From sequence record MW021758.1: a stretch of 64,000 nt of DNA; one strand, 5' to 3'. Shown here one piece after another: positions 10,519 through 19,617 of the stretch. Both the position numbers and the translations under genes were made by a program. Below the pieces are notes generated by a model. It made no database searches and was not told the DNA's origin. It worked only from the letters and a program-made list of their open reading frames with translations. Each line of letters begins with the position of its first letter. Within the stretch, counting starts at the first letter, position 1.

Positions 10519-10968
10519 TTACGCTGCAGCAACTACACTATCGTCAGCCGCCACCTCCTTGGACGACTTAGATTTTTTATTCAGAACGTTGCTGACAGCC
10601 TCACCGCCGAAGACGCTCAGGATTACTTCCATGTTAGCGTGGTGAGCTTTAGTGGAGTTAACATCACGCGCCGCAAAGAAGTTAGCAATCTTATCGACGC
10701 ATTTAATGAAAGCGAACAGAGTGCACAGAGCCAGAACGATTTCTGGGAACAGGCACAGGATGAACATGAATGCATAGCCGAAGGAGAACGAAACGATGCA
10801 GTTTGCAAACATGTTGATTGCGAAGGCTTTGTTACGACGGCTCTTAGCAGCTTTAACTGCAGTAGCAACGTCCTGAACTTCTACCAGCTCAACGGTCAGC
10901 ACTTCGATTTTCTCAGCTTTAGCACGAGATACGATATTACGGATGAAAGATTTAGCTTTAGTGAACAT
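10519..10968 (-). CDS. Membrane protein
   Basis: Basic amphipathic N-terminus and two central TM segments. Confidence 0.8.
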   Translation of the reverse strand: MFTKAKSFIRNIVSRAKAEKIEVLTVELVEVQDVATAVKAAKSRRNKAFAINMFANCIVSFSFGYAFMFILCLFPEIVLALCTLFAFIKCVDKIANFFAARDVNSTKAHHANMEVILSVFGGEAVSNVLNKKSKSSKEVAADDSVVAAA

Positions 10969-11064
10969 AATGTTTTCCTCAATATTAGATAGTGGGTTGG
11001 AGTTTGTGATAGAACGATCCTCGATGATCCCTCACTGGTCGCGACAGTTTGGGTTATCGAGTTA

Positions 11065-11400
11065 TTACGCAGTTACTGGTTCTGCTTCAGGGGTTTGAGT
11101 TTCGGTTTCCTTACGCTTAGCCACCCAGTTGTTGTACGCTTGGCTAGCACGGTTGCACAGACGAACAACAGAGTAGAACGCCAGGATAGGCCAGGTAACT
11201 GCGATCAGGTTTGCCATAGTTACCAGCAGAGCGATGGTCATGATTACAGACAGACCGAAGTTCAGAGTCTGTTTCACTTCAACCTGCAGAGCGGAATCGT
11301 TTTCAGAGATAGTCATGATCTCTACTTTGATCACTGGAACTTTCTGAGCGATAGCTTTGATGCGGTTTACGATTGGGTGAGATTTCAGTTTGTTGAACAT
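11065..11400 (-). CDS. Membrane protein, likely paralog of 10519-10968
   Basis: MFNKLKS..IV..I vs MFTKAKS..NIV; V-x-VE-hydrophobic strand; two TM segments. Confidence 0.75.
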   Translation of the reverse strand: MFNKLKSHPIVNRIKAIAQKVPVIKVEIMTISENDSALQVEVKQTLNFGLSVIMTIALLVTMANLIAVTWPILAFYSVVRLCNRASQAYNNWVAKRKETETQTPEAEPVTA

Positions 11401-11457
11401 GGTGATTTTCCTAAATAAAGTATGATAAAAGACCAGATTACTCTGGATATTCGCCTA

Positions 11458-11487
11458 GGTTATATAGACTTGAAAAGTAATGGAAAT
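11458..11487 (-). promoter_or_regulatory. Early promoter, bipartite subtype
   Basis: Minus strand ATTTCC-N12-GTCTATATAACC. Confidence 0.7.
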
Positions 11488-11558
11488 CATTTTTTACGTA
11501 CCTTTTCTTTTTATGAAAAGGGTATTGGCCCGTGCGTCAACACGGGCCTAGTGGCGGA

Positions 11559-12173
11559 TTACCTCCTTAACTTATTCGAGATGAGTTTCCACTTCCTTTT
11601 CAAGAAAGTAAAAACTAATTTGATATTAATACTAATACCGTAAATCAGAGAAGACTGGTCGCATCCAGTCTTCTCTTTATGTTCTTTAACGGTAAAGTAC
11701 CCAAAAACAGCTTTAATCAACGCCAGTCGTTTTTCGACTAGTATCATGAATTCATAAGCAAACTTAGCTATGAAGGCAGATATCGAAAAGGACTTTAAGT
11801 ATGTTGTACAGATAAACAACAACAACGTACGAGCAGCCTTCTTCAAAATCATTTTAACTAATAACGATTCCATAGTAGCTGACTCTAACTTCTCAGCGAG
11901 CTCATTGAAACCAACGCGCTTCAACAAGCAGTAGATAACCACCTTAGATGCCTCTACGTCATATCCCTTCTCGATATTATCAAGAAGGGTGCAAAGTAGA
12001 TTCAATCCGTCACTAGAGTAGTCAGTCGCGCCCATTTTACTGGCGTAGTCGTTTAGTTCTTCAATGAACTTTTTCTTGCCGGATTTATTAAGAGACTTAA
12101 ATCTCTTAGCGTCTTCGACAACACCTTTGTCAATCCATAAACTAGGTGTTTTGAAATCGTAGTCGATTTCCAT
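11559..12173 (-). CDS. AT-rich membrane-associated protein
   Basis: Start moved to MEIDYDF at 12173 (SD AGGAG); hydrophobic segment in C-terminal half. Confidence 0.7.
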   Translation of the reverse strand: MEIDYDFKTPSLWIDKGVVEDAKRFKSLNKSGKKKFIEELNDYASKMGATDYSSDGLNLLCTLLDNIEKGYDVEASKVVIYCLLKRVGFNELAEKLESATMESLLVKMILKKAARTLLLFICTTYLKSFSISAFIAKFAYEFMILVEKRLALIKAVFGYFTVKEHKEKTGCDQSSLIYGISINIKLVFTFLKRKWKLISNKLRR

Positions 12174-12376
12174 GGTAGTGCTCCTATTCCGGACGAATGT
12201 TCCGGAACTCAGTTTAACGTGTACAATCGTACACGCTCTTCGACTCACGTAGTCCGTAAGTCAAAACTGGTTAAGTACTTCAATAGGAGTATATGGTTTC
12301 TATCTGATTACAGTATTTCCCCTTTAGAGGCAGGTTTGTGATTTTAACAAAGGTATTACTTCTACCCTTGCGCCAC

Positions 12377-12415
12377 GGTTATATAGACACCAAAAAAATT
12401 GGAAATGGATATAAT
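12377..12415 (-). repeat. 39-bp exact repeat copy 1 containing an early promoter
   Basis: GGTTATATAGACACCAAAAAAATTGGAAATGGATATAAT identical to 34250-34288. Confidence 0.9.
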
Positions 12416-12416
12416 C

Positions 12417-12446
12417 CCCTCAGTAGACCATTAGGTCTACTGAGGG
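12417..12446 (-). terminator. Hairpin terminator
   Basis: 13-bp stem CCCTCAGTAGACC-ATTA-GGTCTACTGAGGG. Confidence 0.7.
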
Positions 12447-12456
12447 AGTGTTATGT

Positions 12457-12618
12457 TTATTTGCGTAACAGGAGCTTATAGATCACGTAGCCGCCGAGAG
12501 GATCGAAGATCATGGAGATCCAGAACCACGTTTTGAAATTACCGCCCTTAGACTGCGCGCGATTAGCAACAACATAAGAGCCGATAACCCAGAGAACCAA
12601 CAGAATTAAAATATGCAT
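12457..12618 (-). CDS. 53-aa two-helix membrane protein (MHILILLVLWVIGSYVVANRAQSKGGNFKTWFWISMIFDPLGGYVIYKLLLRK)
   Basis: Manual translation; not in ORF track. Confidence 0.8.
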   Translation of the reverse strand: MHILILLVLWVIGSYVVANRAQSKGGNFKTWFWISMIFDPLGGYVIYKLLLRK

Positions 12619-12650
12619 TTACAATTACCCTTTATGATAAGACAGAATAA

Positions 12651-12672
12651 AGGTAGGGAATTAACCCTACCT
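12651..12672 (-). terminator. Terminator with AATTAA loop
   Basis: AGGTAGGG-AATTAA-CCCTACCT. Confidence 0.75.
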
Positions 12673-12718
12673 CATTTATTTACTTAAACGACTTGATCTT
12701 TTCAATCTTCTCTTCGAT

Positions 12719-12976
12719 CTATGATACCGGAGCGTCCAGGTAGTAGGCGATTTCCTCAGCCAATACCCCACGATCCAAACATTCAGCAATACCGTGTAAA
12801 TGCATTATTTCCCGTTGGCGTTTAGCCAGAACGTTAACGTCAGCATTATGTCTACGGTATTCTTCGAAGTGATGATCTTGTTCCCTCACCGATAACTCTA
12901 ATTCATCGGCTAAGAAAGATCCTTCAATTGCGAGTTTACCAGCGAAGGAATTCACGACAAACCCTCCCGTTGTCAT
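12719..12976 (-). CDS. Small HTH-like protein ending at an in-frame TAG (possible premature stop)
   Basis: LDRGVLAEEIAYYLDAPVS matches the motif in 23423-23764; frame stays open to TAA at 12680. Confidence 0.6.
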   Translation of the reverse strand: MTTGGFVVNSFAGKLAIEGSFLADELELSVREQDHHFEEYRRHNADVNVLAKRQREIMHLHGIAECLDRGVLAEEIAYYLDAPVS

Positions 12977-13106
12977 CTGTGGGTTCCGATAAGGTATGGA
13001 ACCCGTTCAGATACTTCGGATCAATGGAAGGCTGGAGTTCGAGGATATTCTCAATAACCTCCCGCACCGTTGCCGGTCGCTTCTCTTTCTTGGTTTCTTT
13101 CTCCAT
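12936..13106 (-). CDS. Hypothetical protein (MEKETKKE...)
   Basis: Probable start 13106 behind AGAGGG. Confidence 0.55.
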   Translation of the reverse strand: MEKETKKEKRPATVREVIENILELQPSIDPKYLNGFHTLSEPTDDNGRVCREFLRW

Positions 13107-13116
13107 ACACCCTCTT

Positions 13117-13989
13117 TTATTCTGGTCCCCACATACTTCTAGTTGGATCATTAGGAACGAGTTTAGGTTGTTCCGGCGTAAAGGTCGGTCCGGCATAACC
13201 TTCCTTCTGTTTGAAGGAACCTTTCAGATCTTTACAGTGCTCATCCAACTTTGCTGCGTAAGGGTTATTTGAATTTTCCTTAGGGCCGGTGATTTCGAAA
13301 TGAACTTCTTTACCGTCGATGACAGTAGAGAAATTATAACCGGAGCAGAGCATCATTTTGATGATTTCAGAATGGGTCTGATCGACGATGATTACCGGGT
13401 TACGCTCATCGGAATCCGACACGCCGATATCTTCCTCTGGATTCTCGCCAAGCTCAGTACCAGTTTCGTCATCGATCCAAATATCGATGGTTCTATAGTT
13501 GACGTTTTCGTCCTTAACCCAGCCTTTGGGCAGTTCTTTCGGCTGACCGACGTAATAGCGAATTGGGTTTTCAAACTTAGCATCCTCGACTTCGTAGTTC
13601 ACGTAGAAGCAACGTGGTACGAAGCGCCACCCGTACTCGTTAAAGTAGGTAGCGAATTCAGCAGCAGAGGCAGGGAACGCGTGTTCGTTGAGTACTTCCA
13701 ACTTGATAGAGACAATAGCCTCTTCGCTATCCATACGGATACCACTTGTCCGGATTATGAAGTCTGGTGAGCAAGTGAAGTCGTAGTGGTCATGGCCGTT
13801 GTACTGGGCACGTTGGTGGTTGTTAATAACCCGACCATACATGTCATCTTTACCGACGTTCATGTTACGTAGCTGGCAGAATAACGATTGCATATCCGAG
13901 TAGGACATGTTCATCATCTTACTGGCCTCGAACAGATCGAAGGTGACCAGATAGACTTTTTTGGTTAACTCTTTTACAGTTGTTTTCAT
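13117..13989 (-). CDS. Hypothetical protein
   Basis: 290 aa, SD GGAG. Confidence 0.85.
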   Translation of the reverse strand: MKTTVKELTKKVYLVTFDLFEASKMMNMSYSDMQSLFCQLRNMNVGKDDMYGRVINNHQRAQYNGHDHYDFTCSPDFIIRTSGIRMDSEEAIVSIKLEVLNEHAFPASAAEFATYFNEYGWRFVPRCFYVNYEVEDAKFENPIRYYVGQPKELPKGWVKDENVNYRTIDIWIDDETGTELGENPEEDIGVSDSDERNPVIIVDQTHSEIIKMMLCSGYNFSTVIDGKEVHFEITGPKENSNNPYAAKLDEHCKDLKGSFKQKEGYAGPTFTPEQPKLVPNDPTRSMWGPE

Positions 13990-14080
13990 CGTACTACTCT
14001 CCTAAAAACCGTAGCCTCTACGAGTGTCGCTATTGACCTGTGATAACTACGGCCGGGGTGTCGAGCGGAATTGCTCAGGG

Positions 14081-14608
14081 TTACGCTGCGTTCAGTTCTT
14101 CGATAGACCGAGCCATGAACGCTTGGTATTTCTCAACGTACTCGGTGATCTCGTATTCGAGTTCTTCTTTGAGTACGTTCTGGATATACTCTGGCAATGG
14201 GACCGAGTAATGATCCAGGATAGTTTTGATCATGTACGCACCCTTAACATCGTAAGGGACAAACGCATCGCACATGCCGTTGTAGTCAAGCGGATTGATT
14301 TCATCCGAACTCCAACGCTCGTTCATGTCGGCAGTGGAACAACCTTCGTAGTTGTTGCTGTCGAAGCAGAGGTCTTCATCGACGTCGTAAAGACGAATGA
14401 AGCCATGGTTGAGGTTATCTACGTACTGGATACTGTAACCTTTGTTCTGGAGTACTGCACCGACAGTCAGTGCGAATACGCCACAGTCACCGTTGTTGAT
14501 ATCCAGATCTGGACGAGTCTTCTCTGGATTGAAGTGACCGTACATCACTTTGAATTTGTCAGCGATTTCAGCAAAGTCTTTCTTGAAGTTTTCAATGTTC
14601 ATGCACAA
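14081..14608 (-). CDS. Papain/transglutaminase-like Cys-His-Asp protein
   Basis: NGDCGVFA...NHGFI...FDS motif order. Confidence 0.55.
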   Translation of the reverse strand: MCMNIENFKKDFAEIADKFKVMYGHFNPEKTRPDLDINNGDCGVFALTVGAVLQNKGYSIQYVDNLNHGFIRLYDVDEDLCFDSNNYEGCSTADMNERWSSDEINPLDYNGMCDAFVPYDVKGAYMIKTILDHYSVPLPEYIQNVLKEELEYEITEYVEKYQAFMARSIEELNAA

Positions 14609-14640
14609 AGCCCTCAGATTAATTTATCCTATTCATAATT

Positions 14641-14657
14641 GTGATATAGGCGTAAAT
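14641..14657 (-). promoter_or_regulatory. phiKZ-type early promoter
   Basis: Minus strand TTTACGCCTATATCAC. Confidence 0.7.
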
Positions 14658-14694
14658 TAAGTTTGATATGACCTTTAACCTAGAGTGACTCAAG

Positions 14695-15234
14695 ATGAAA
14701 ACAATTACGGTGTTCAGTACACCTGTTCCCTTGAAGGGATTTATCCATTGGTGTTTGTTGTTTGTTCTATATCTACTGGCTTTGGCAGTTGCCGCAGTAG
14801 TGACGCCATTCCTTCCAATCTTTGCGACTAAGGATGCGCGACTTCCTAAATGGCTCGATTGGTTCATGATGCCAGATAACGATTTGGATGGCGATAACGG
14901 GTGGAAGACAGAGCATACGCTCTGGAGAAAGAACCTACCGCCAAAAACAGCACAGTACATTTGCCGAGTCCTTTGGCTTTATCGGAACCCGCTCTATAAC
15001 TTCAGTATCCGGTTCTTGGGCGCACCTAAGTCTTCAGTCAAACCGACGGTAAAAGGTCCGGCCTGGAACAATCAGACAGGGATCTACAAAGACCACTACT
15101 GGATGATTTATTACATGGGCCCTAGCTTCATTAAAGGTAAACGTATCAAGATCTACTTGGGTTGGAAGTTGAAGACCGAGAATTTCGATACGTATCAGTT
15201 AGCGGTTCAATTCAACCCATTCAAAAGTCAATAG
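14695..15234 (+). CDS. Conserved phage membrane-anchored protein, usually near tail-fibre genes
   Basis: N-terminal TM; LPKWLDWF..PDN.LDGD, WLYRNP and LGWKL motifs. Confidence 0.7.
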   Translation: MKTITVFSTPVPLKGFIHWCLLFVLYLLALAVAAVVTPFLPIFATKDARLPKWLDWFMMPDNDLDGDNGWKTEHTLWRKNLPPKTAQYICRVLWLYRNPLYNFSIRFLGAPKSSVKPTVKGPAWNNQTGIYKDHYWMIYYMGPSFIKGKRIKIYLGWKLKTENFDTYQLAVQFNPFKSQ

Positions 15235-15243
15235 AGGTATTCG

Positions 15244-17310
15244 ATGTCTTTTAGCGACCCAATTAAAATATCTAATTTACCAAATAAAGATACTCTATCG
15301 GAAGGATCGGTATTTCCTACGGTAGATTCGGCTGGTAATGAGACCGGTAAAGTTTCTATCGGTACTTTGAGAGAGGTACTCGATCTTTCTAATGCGTTTA
15401 GCACCATTGAAGAAGGGATGTCTAAGACCATTGTTAATGAGGACTTCTTTGTCTACACTGATGAGAATCGTAAAGAGTTAGCGCTAAGGTACCGAAAAGT
15501 GGGTTCTGGGTCAGTCGTCTACGTCGACGAAAATAACGCACCTATTCTTTACACCACCAACCGTTTCCAAATAAGTCAGCCTATCCAGGTATCTTCGTTC
15601 AGTGACATCAAGGGTTTGAAGAATCTGAGGGATAAGCAGAAGGTAGAGTTAACGATTGAACTTAACGCCAGGGTCTATAACCGCGGAACGTTCATTGTAG
15701 ACTTAACCGATAAAACTACAGAAGATGACGGCGGTGTTAATCTAGTCACTAACTCAGGTGTCCGATTGTCTCGAGTTATTGAAGACGGCAATATGGAACT
15801 GGTCTGGTTCAAAAGTGAGAGTAATAGCTGGGATGATGCATTTGACGGACTAATCAAATACCGTACTAAGTTCACCAGTAATGCTGGAAAGGTATTTTTA
15901 CCTGCCATGAAGATCGTCCTTACCAAGCCCGTCATTCTACCATACTTTAATAAGGGAGCTAAATGTAGTTGGTTCCTGGAAGGCGCAGGCTCAGCTCCGG
16001 ACAACGGTACGGTGCTATCGTTCAATATTCCTCGTTCGACAGCGCTAGCTAACGGATGGGACAACGTCGGAGCGATTGATAATTGGGGTTCTGAGTTCAA
16101 GTTTAACTCACTGACTCTATGTAGGTTATGCGTCGAGGGGATATCTACAAAGATAGCGAACCCAGGTGACGAGGTAGGATTCGCCTTTTGTCACGGAGTT
16201 AAATGTCGAACCACAGGCTCTCTTTGGGAAGACGTAGTCATCCAGAACTTTAGAGGATCCGGCCTTTATCTCGACAACGCCTTTGACAATACCTTTAACC
16301 GCGTCGGTGTCTTTGCTTCTGGTCGTTTAAACGACGGTAAAGACTATATGAGTTACGTCGATATCGGCGACCCGGCCAACCAAGCGTTCCCTCCAGTATG
16401 GGTCACTTCCTCAAGACAGGGAGATGCCTCTAACTTCCTGAGCTGGTATGGCGGTAGTTTCGAACTCAATAACTGCACGCCGTTCCTTAAGGTAGATGGG
16501 GGTATTCAGATACACTTTACCAACTTACACTCAGAGAGACCTGGGCGCGGAAGTGGGATGACCGGTTCTCTACCTACCGGTACGTTTGCTCAAGTACAAG
16601 GTGAAGTTTGGTTTACTCAATGCGGCATTAGTAACTTCAGTCAATCGGTCGCATTAGGTCCGTACGCTAACGTCCAGATTAATGATTGTCCTCGTTTTAG
16701 CGGCGGTATAAGTCTGATTAACCCATCGGCTAAAGGTAAAGTAAGACTTAACATCACCAACTCATTTATTGGCGATGCCTATTTCACCGGATCCATTGAA
16801 ACCGATTTCCGATTCGTAAATACCCAATTTGCTAGCCTTAGACTCCCGGTTGTATCAGGTCAGGTTGCAATAACTAATTGCTTGGTTTTAGGTAATGTTG
16901 ACATCGTGGCCGGTAGTGGTTCTATACTACAGTCTGCATCGGGGATAAGGATGGTAAATACGGTAATTCAAGGAAGCGTAACAGGAGACGCGAACAGTCA
17001 GCGAATAACACTACTCGGTTGTCACGTTCTCGGAGATGTGACCTTGGGTAACGGCAACTGTACAGTACTTGGGAACACTATCCTAGGAACAGTATCCGTC
17101 CCATCACAACCGAGTAACTTCGTAATGGGTATCCACGTTCAGTCACCTAACGTGATATCCGTTAAAACATCCCCGTCAGAAATTTCCGGAACAGTACGTA
17201 AGGGACAGGTAGCAATCGCATACGACGGAACCGCTACGGACTCCATGTGGATTTGTAATACTGCCGGAGTAGGCGCTGCGGCTAAATGGTCTAAACTAGT
17301 TATGGCGTAA
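15244..17310 (+). CDS. Tailspike / putative polysaccharide depolymerase 1
   Basis: N-terminal head domain (TEDDGG..LVT..G.R..RV) followed by beta-helix-like I/V/G/N-rich repeats. Confidence 0.75.
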   Translation: MSFSDPIKISNLPNKDTLSEGSVFPTVDSAGNETGKVSIGTLREVLDLSNAFSTIEEGMSKTIVNEDFFVYTDENRKELALRYRKVGSGSVVYVDENNAPILYTTNRFQISQPIQVSSFSDIKGLKNLRDKQKVELTIELNARVYNRGTFIVDLTDKTTEDDGGVNLVTNSGVRLSRVIEDGNMELVWFKSESNSWDDAFDGLIKYRTKFTSNAGKVFLPAMKIVLTKPVILPYFNKGAKCSWFLEGAGSAPDNGTVLSFNIPRSTALANGWDNVGAIDNWGSEFKFNSLTLCRLCVEGISTKIANPGDEVGFAFCHGVKCRTTGSLWEDVVIQNFRGSGLYLDNAFDNTFNRVGVFASGRLNDGKDYMSYVDIGDPANQAFPPVWVTSSRQGDASNFLSWYGGSFELNNCTPFLKVDGGIQIHFTNLHSERPGRGSGMTGSLPTGTFAQVQGEVWFTQCGISNFSQSVALGPYANVQINDCPRFSGGISLINPSAKGKVRLNITNSFIGDAYFTGSIETDFRFVNTQFASLRLPVVSGQVAITNCLVLGNVDIVAGSGSILQSASGIRMVNTVIQGSVTGDANSQRITLLGCHVLGDVTLGNGNCTVLGNTILGTVSVPSQPSNFVMGIHVQSPNVISVKTSPSEISGTVRKGQVAIAYDGTATDSMWICNTAGVGAAAKWSKLVMA

Positions 17311-17386
17311 TAAATAGAGTGGGGGATTACCTCCACTCTATTATGCAACTTCCTATGAATTGACCAAATACAGATAAGGTTATCTC

Positions 17387-19564
17387 ATGATTAATGGCCA
17401 AAAGATATCTCAATTACCTTCGTCGTCTACACCAAAAGAAAACGACTATTTCCCATTCAATACGGTGAATGAACAAGGTGTATTGGAAACCGCAGTATTG
17501 GACTTGAACGATCTGCGTAAACAACTTGATTATCATTCCGCGTTTGATTCTCTTGAGAAAGGGATCGTAGCAACTAAAGTCGGCGATATTTTCTTTACCT
17601 ACGAAGACAGTCGCCACTTCTACGTTAACGAATATACTCGTAACGATGCTGGCGCAGTAGCTACTCTGAACGAACAGGGTAAGATTAAACGCCTCATCAC
17701 CAACGAAGCACTCCAGTACGCCAAAGTATTACGTACGGTTGAGAGCGTCTCTGATCTCCGTACTACTAAACCTATTTTCGATAACGAAGTTATTGAAGTT
17801 AAAAGTTATCGTGCAGGTTCAGGTATCGGTGGCGGTAAGTTTGCCTTTATTAAGACGGACAAAACTTCTACTGATGATGGCGGTGCAACTATTGTTGCCA
17901 CAGATGGTAGTCGCTGGAAACGTGTATTCGACAACGCCGGTGTAATCAACCCTACGTTCTGGGGCGCGGCGCCTAACGACAACAGCATCGACTCTGGCCC
18001 TGCATTTACCCGGATGTCCAAGTGGTCTGAGACTGTTCCGTTTACTAACGATACGACTCGTTCGATTAACGGTAACATTAAGATGGAATGTAATCCTGGT
18101 CGGTACTTTATCAAGACTACGATTACGCTACAGACTAAGACAATCGATTACGATTTCTCTGGAGCCATCCTCGACTTTACCCTGATGACCCCAGGTACTG
18201 CAGCAGCGCCTGTATACGGCATTAGTTGGGTTAACTTGCGTGGTTATACCCAAGGTACCATGGAGTGTCGTAATCTCCGCGCAGTCGGCCCTGGGATGGA
18301 TAAGTACGTACACTTCATGGGAATGAACGACACCTTCGCTTATTTCTGGGCACAGAACTCCATGTGCTTTATGGGTGGCGGTTGCGATCTGTTCTCCACT
18401 GGATTTACCTATAATTCCAATACGTACTACGTCAAGTTCTTCAACTACCAGTTTAACCATTGTAACATCTGCTACACCAACAATGCTGCAATGACTAACT
18501 CCGGGGAACAGATCCACTTCATCTCCTGTATCTTCTCCCAGTCGAATTACTTCATCAACGTTAACAAAGCACACACGATCTTTGACAACTGTTCCTTCGA
18601 CTATGCGTACAAGCGTTACGTCTTAGTAGACAGTGGTTCGGCTCGTTTGATCTTTAATGATGGCTGGTTCGAAGGCGAAGGTCCTTACGAGTATGCTTTC
18701 GAAGTGAAAGACGGACTCAATGCCAATATCGCGTTCAACGGCGTTAACTTCATTTTCCGTGCATCCAATACGAAGGCTAAGAGTAACGTCTTCTTTGCGG
18801 GTGATCGCTGTGCGATGTCGTTCGATAAATGTTACTTCAGTAATTTGGGTATCAGCAACGACGACCCTGCAATTACTGGTTGGGTATCGGGTAAAGGTAC
18901 AGTTACCTTCCGTGATAGTAAGTTGCCGCAGAACGGCCCGCCGTTGGCATTGACTTCGATTCAACCTGAAGTCCCTGAAGAGAACTACATTCGTTCAGAG
19001 ATCTTTAGCGATGTATCTCACTACGCACACGAAGTTTGGATCCCATCTCCTGGCGGTACGGGTTGTGAGATTCGTAAGAACCGAGTGGGCTGGGGTACTG
19101 CCTCGTCTACTAACTTCTCCATCCAGCGCCTTAACGGTTACATGCAAGTCGGTACTAACACCGTACCTAAAGATGGTAAGTATCAACTGTATATCGGTTC
19201 TATGCCTCTCAAAGGTAACGGTCCGGTAATCGCTCGAGTCAACTTAAGTAGTTGGGCATCTTCGGGTACGATTAGTATTCGCGTAGTCTACATGGCAGCT
19301 GAGTTCTTCGGTCCAGACGATGAGCGTTCACCTATCGTTTACAAGTCGGTATTTGGTGGCGGTTACGACCTTCAGTTGAACGGACCAGGGTCCTCGATCA
19401 AGACTTACGAGACTCCGCTTAACATCCAAGGTTACGACGGACAGCCACTTTCCTTTACCACGATTCCTGACTGGGCGACCCATGCAGCGTTCATGATTGA
19501 CGTTACTCGGGCACCAATGAACATGGCTCATCGGATCAACAGTATCTATATGAGGCAAATTTAA
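17387..19564 (+). CDS. Tailspike / putative polysaccharide depolymerase 2
   Basis: Same head domain (STDDGGATIVATDGSRWKR), then pectate-lyase-3-like entry FWGA....DSGPAF...NPGRYFI, then beta-helix. Confidence 0.85.
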   Translation: MINGQKISQLPSSSTPKENDYFPFNTVNEQGVLETAVLDLNDLRKQLDYHSAFDSLEKGIVATKVGDIFFTYEDSRHFYVNEYTRNDAGAVATLNEQGKIKRLITNEALQYAKVLRTVESVSDLRTTKPIFDNEVIEVKSYRAGSGIGGGKFAFIKTDKTSTDDGGATIVATDGSRWKRVFDNAGVINPTFWGAAPNDNSIDSGPAFTRMSKWSETVPFTNDTTRSINGNIKMECNPGRYFIKTTITLQTKTIDYDFSGAILDFTLMTPGTAAAPVYGISWVNLRGYTQGTMECRNLRAVGPGMDKYVHFMGMNDTFAYFWAQNSMCFMGGGCDLFSTGFTYNSNTYYVKFFNYQFNHCNICYTNNAAMTNSGEQIHFISCIFSQSNYFINVNKAHTIFDNCSFDYAYKRYVLVDSGSARLIFNDGWFEGEGPYEYAFEVKDGLNANIAFNGVNFIFRASNTKAKSNVFFAGDRCAMSFDKCYFSNLGISNDDPAITGWVSGKGTVTFRDSKLPQNGPPLALTSIQPEVPEENYIRSEIFSDVSHYAHEVWIPSPGGTGCEIRKNRVGWGTASSTNFSIQRLNGYMQVGTNTVPKDGKYQLYIGSMPLKGNGPVIARVNLSSWASSGTISIRVVYMAAEFFGPDDERSPIVYKSVFGGGYDLQLNGPGSSIKTYETPLNIQGYDGQPLSFTTIPDWATHAAFMIDVTRAPMNMAHRINSIYMRQI

Positions 19565-19569
19565 CAAAT

Positions 19570-19591
19570 GGCCGGTTTACCGGCCTTTTTA
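19570..19591 (+). terminator. Terminator after tailspike 2
   Basis: GGCCGGT-TT-ACCGGCC-TTTTT. Confidence 0.65.
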
Positions 19592-19617
19592 TCCGTATCC
19601 AAGGACTAGAGACTACC

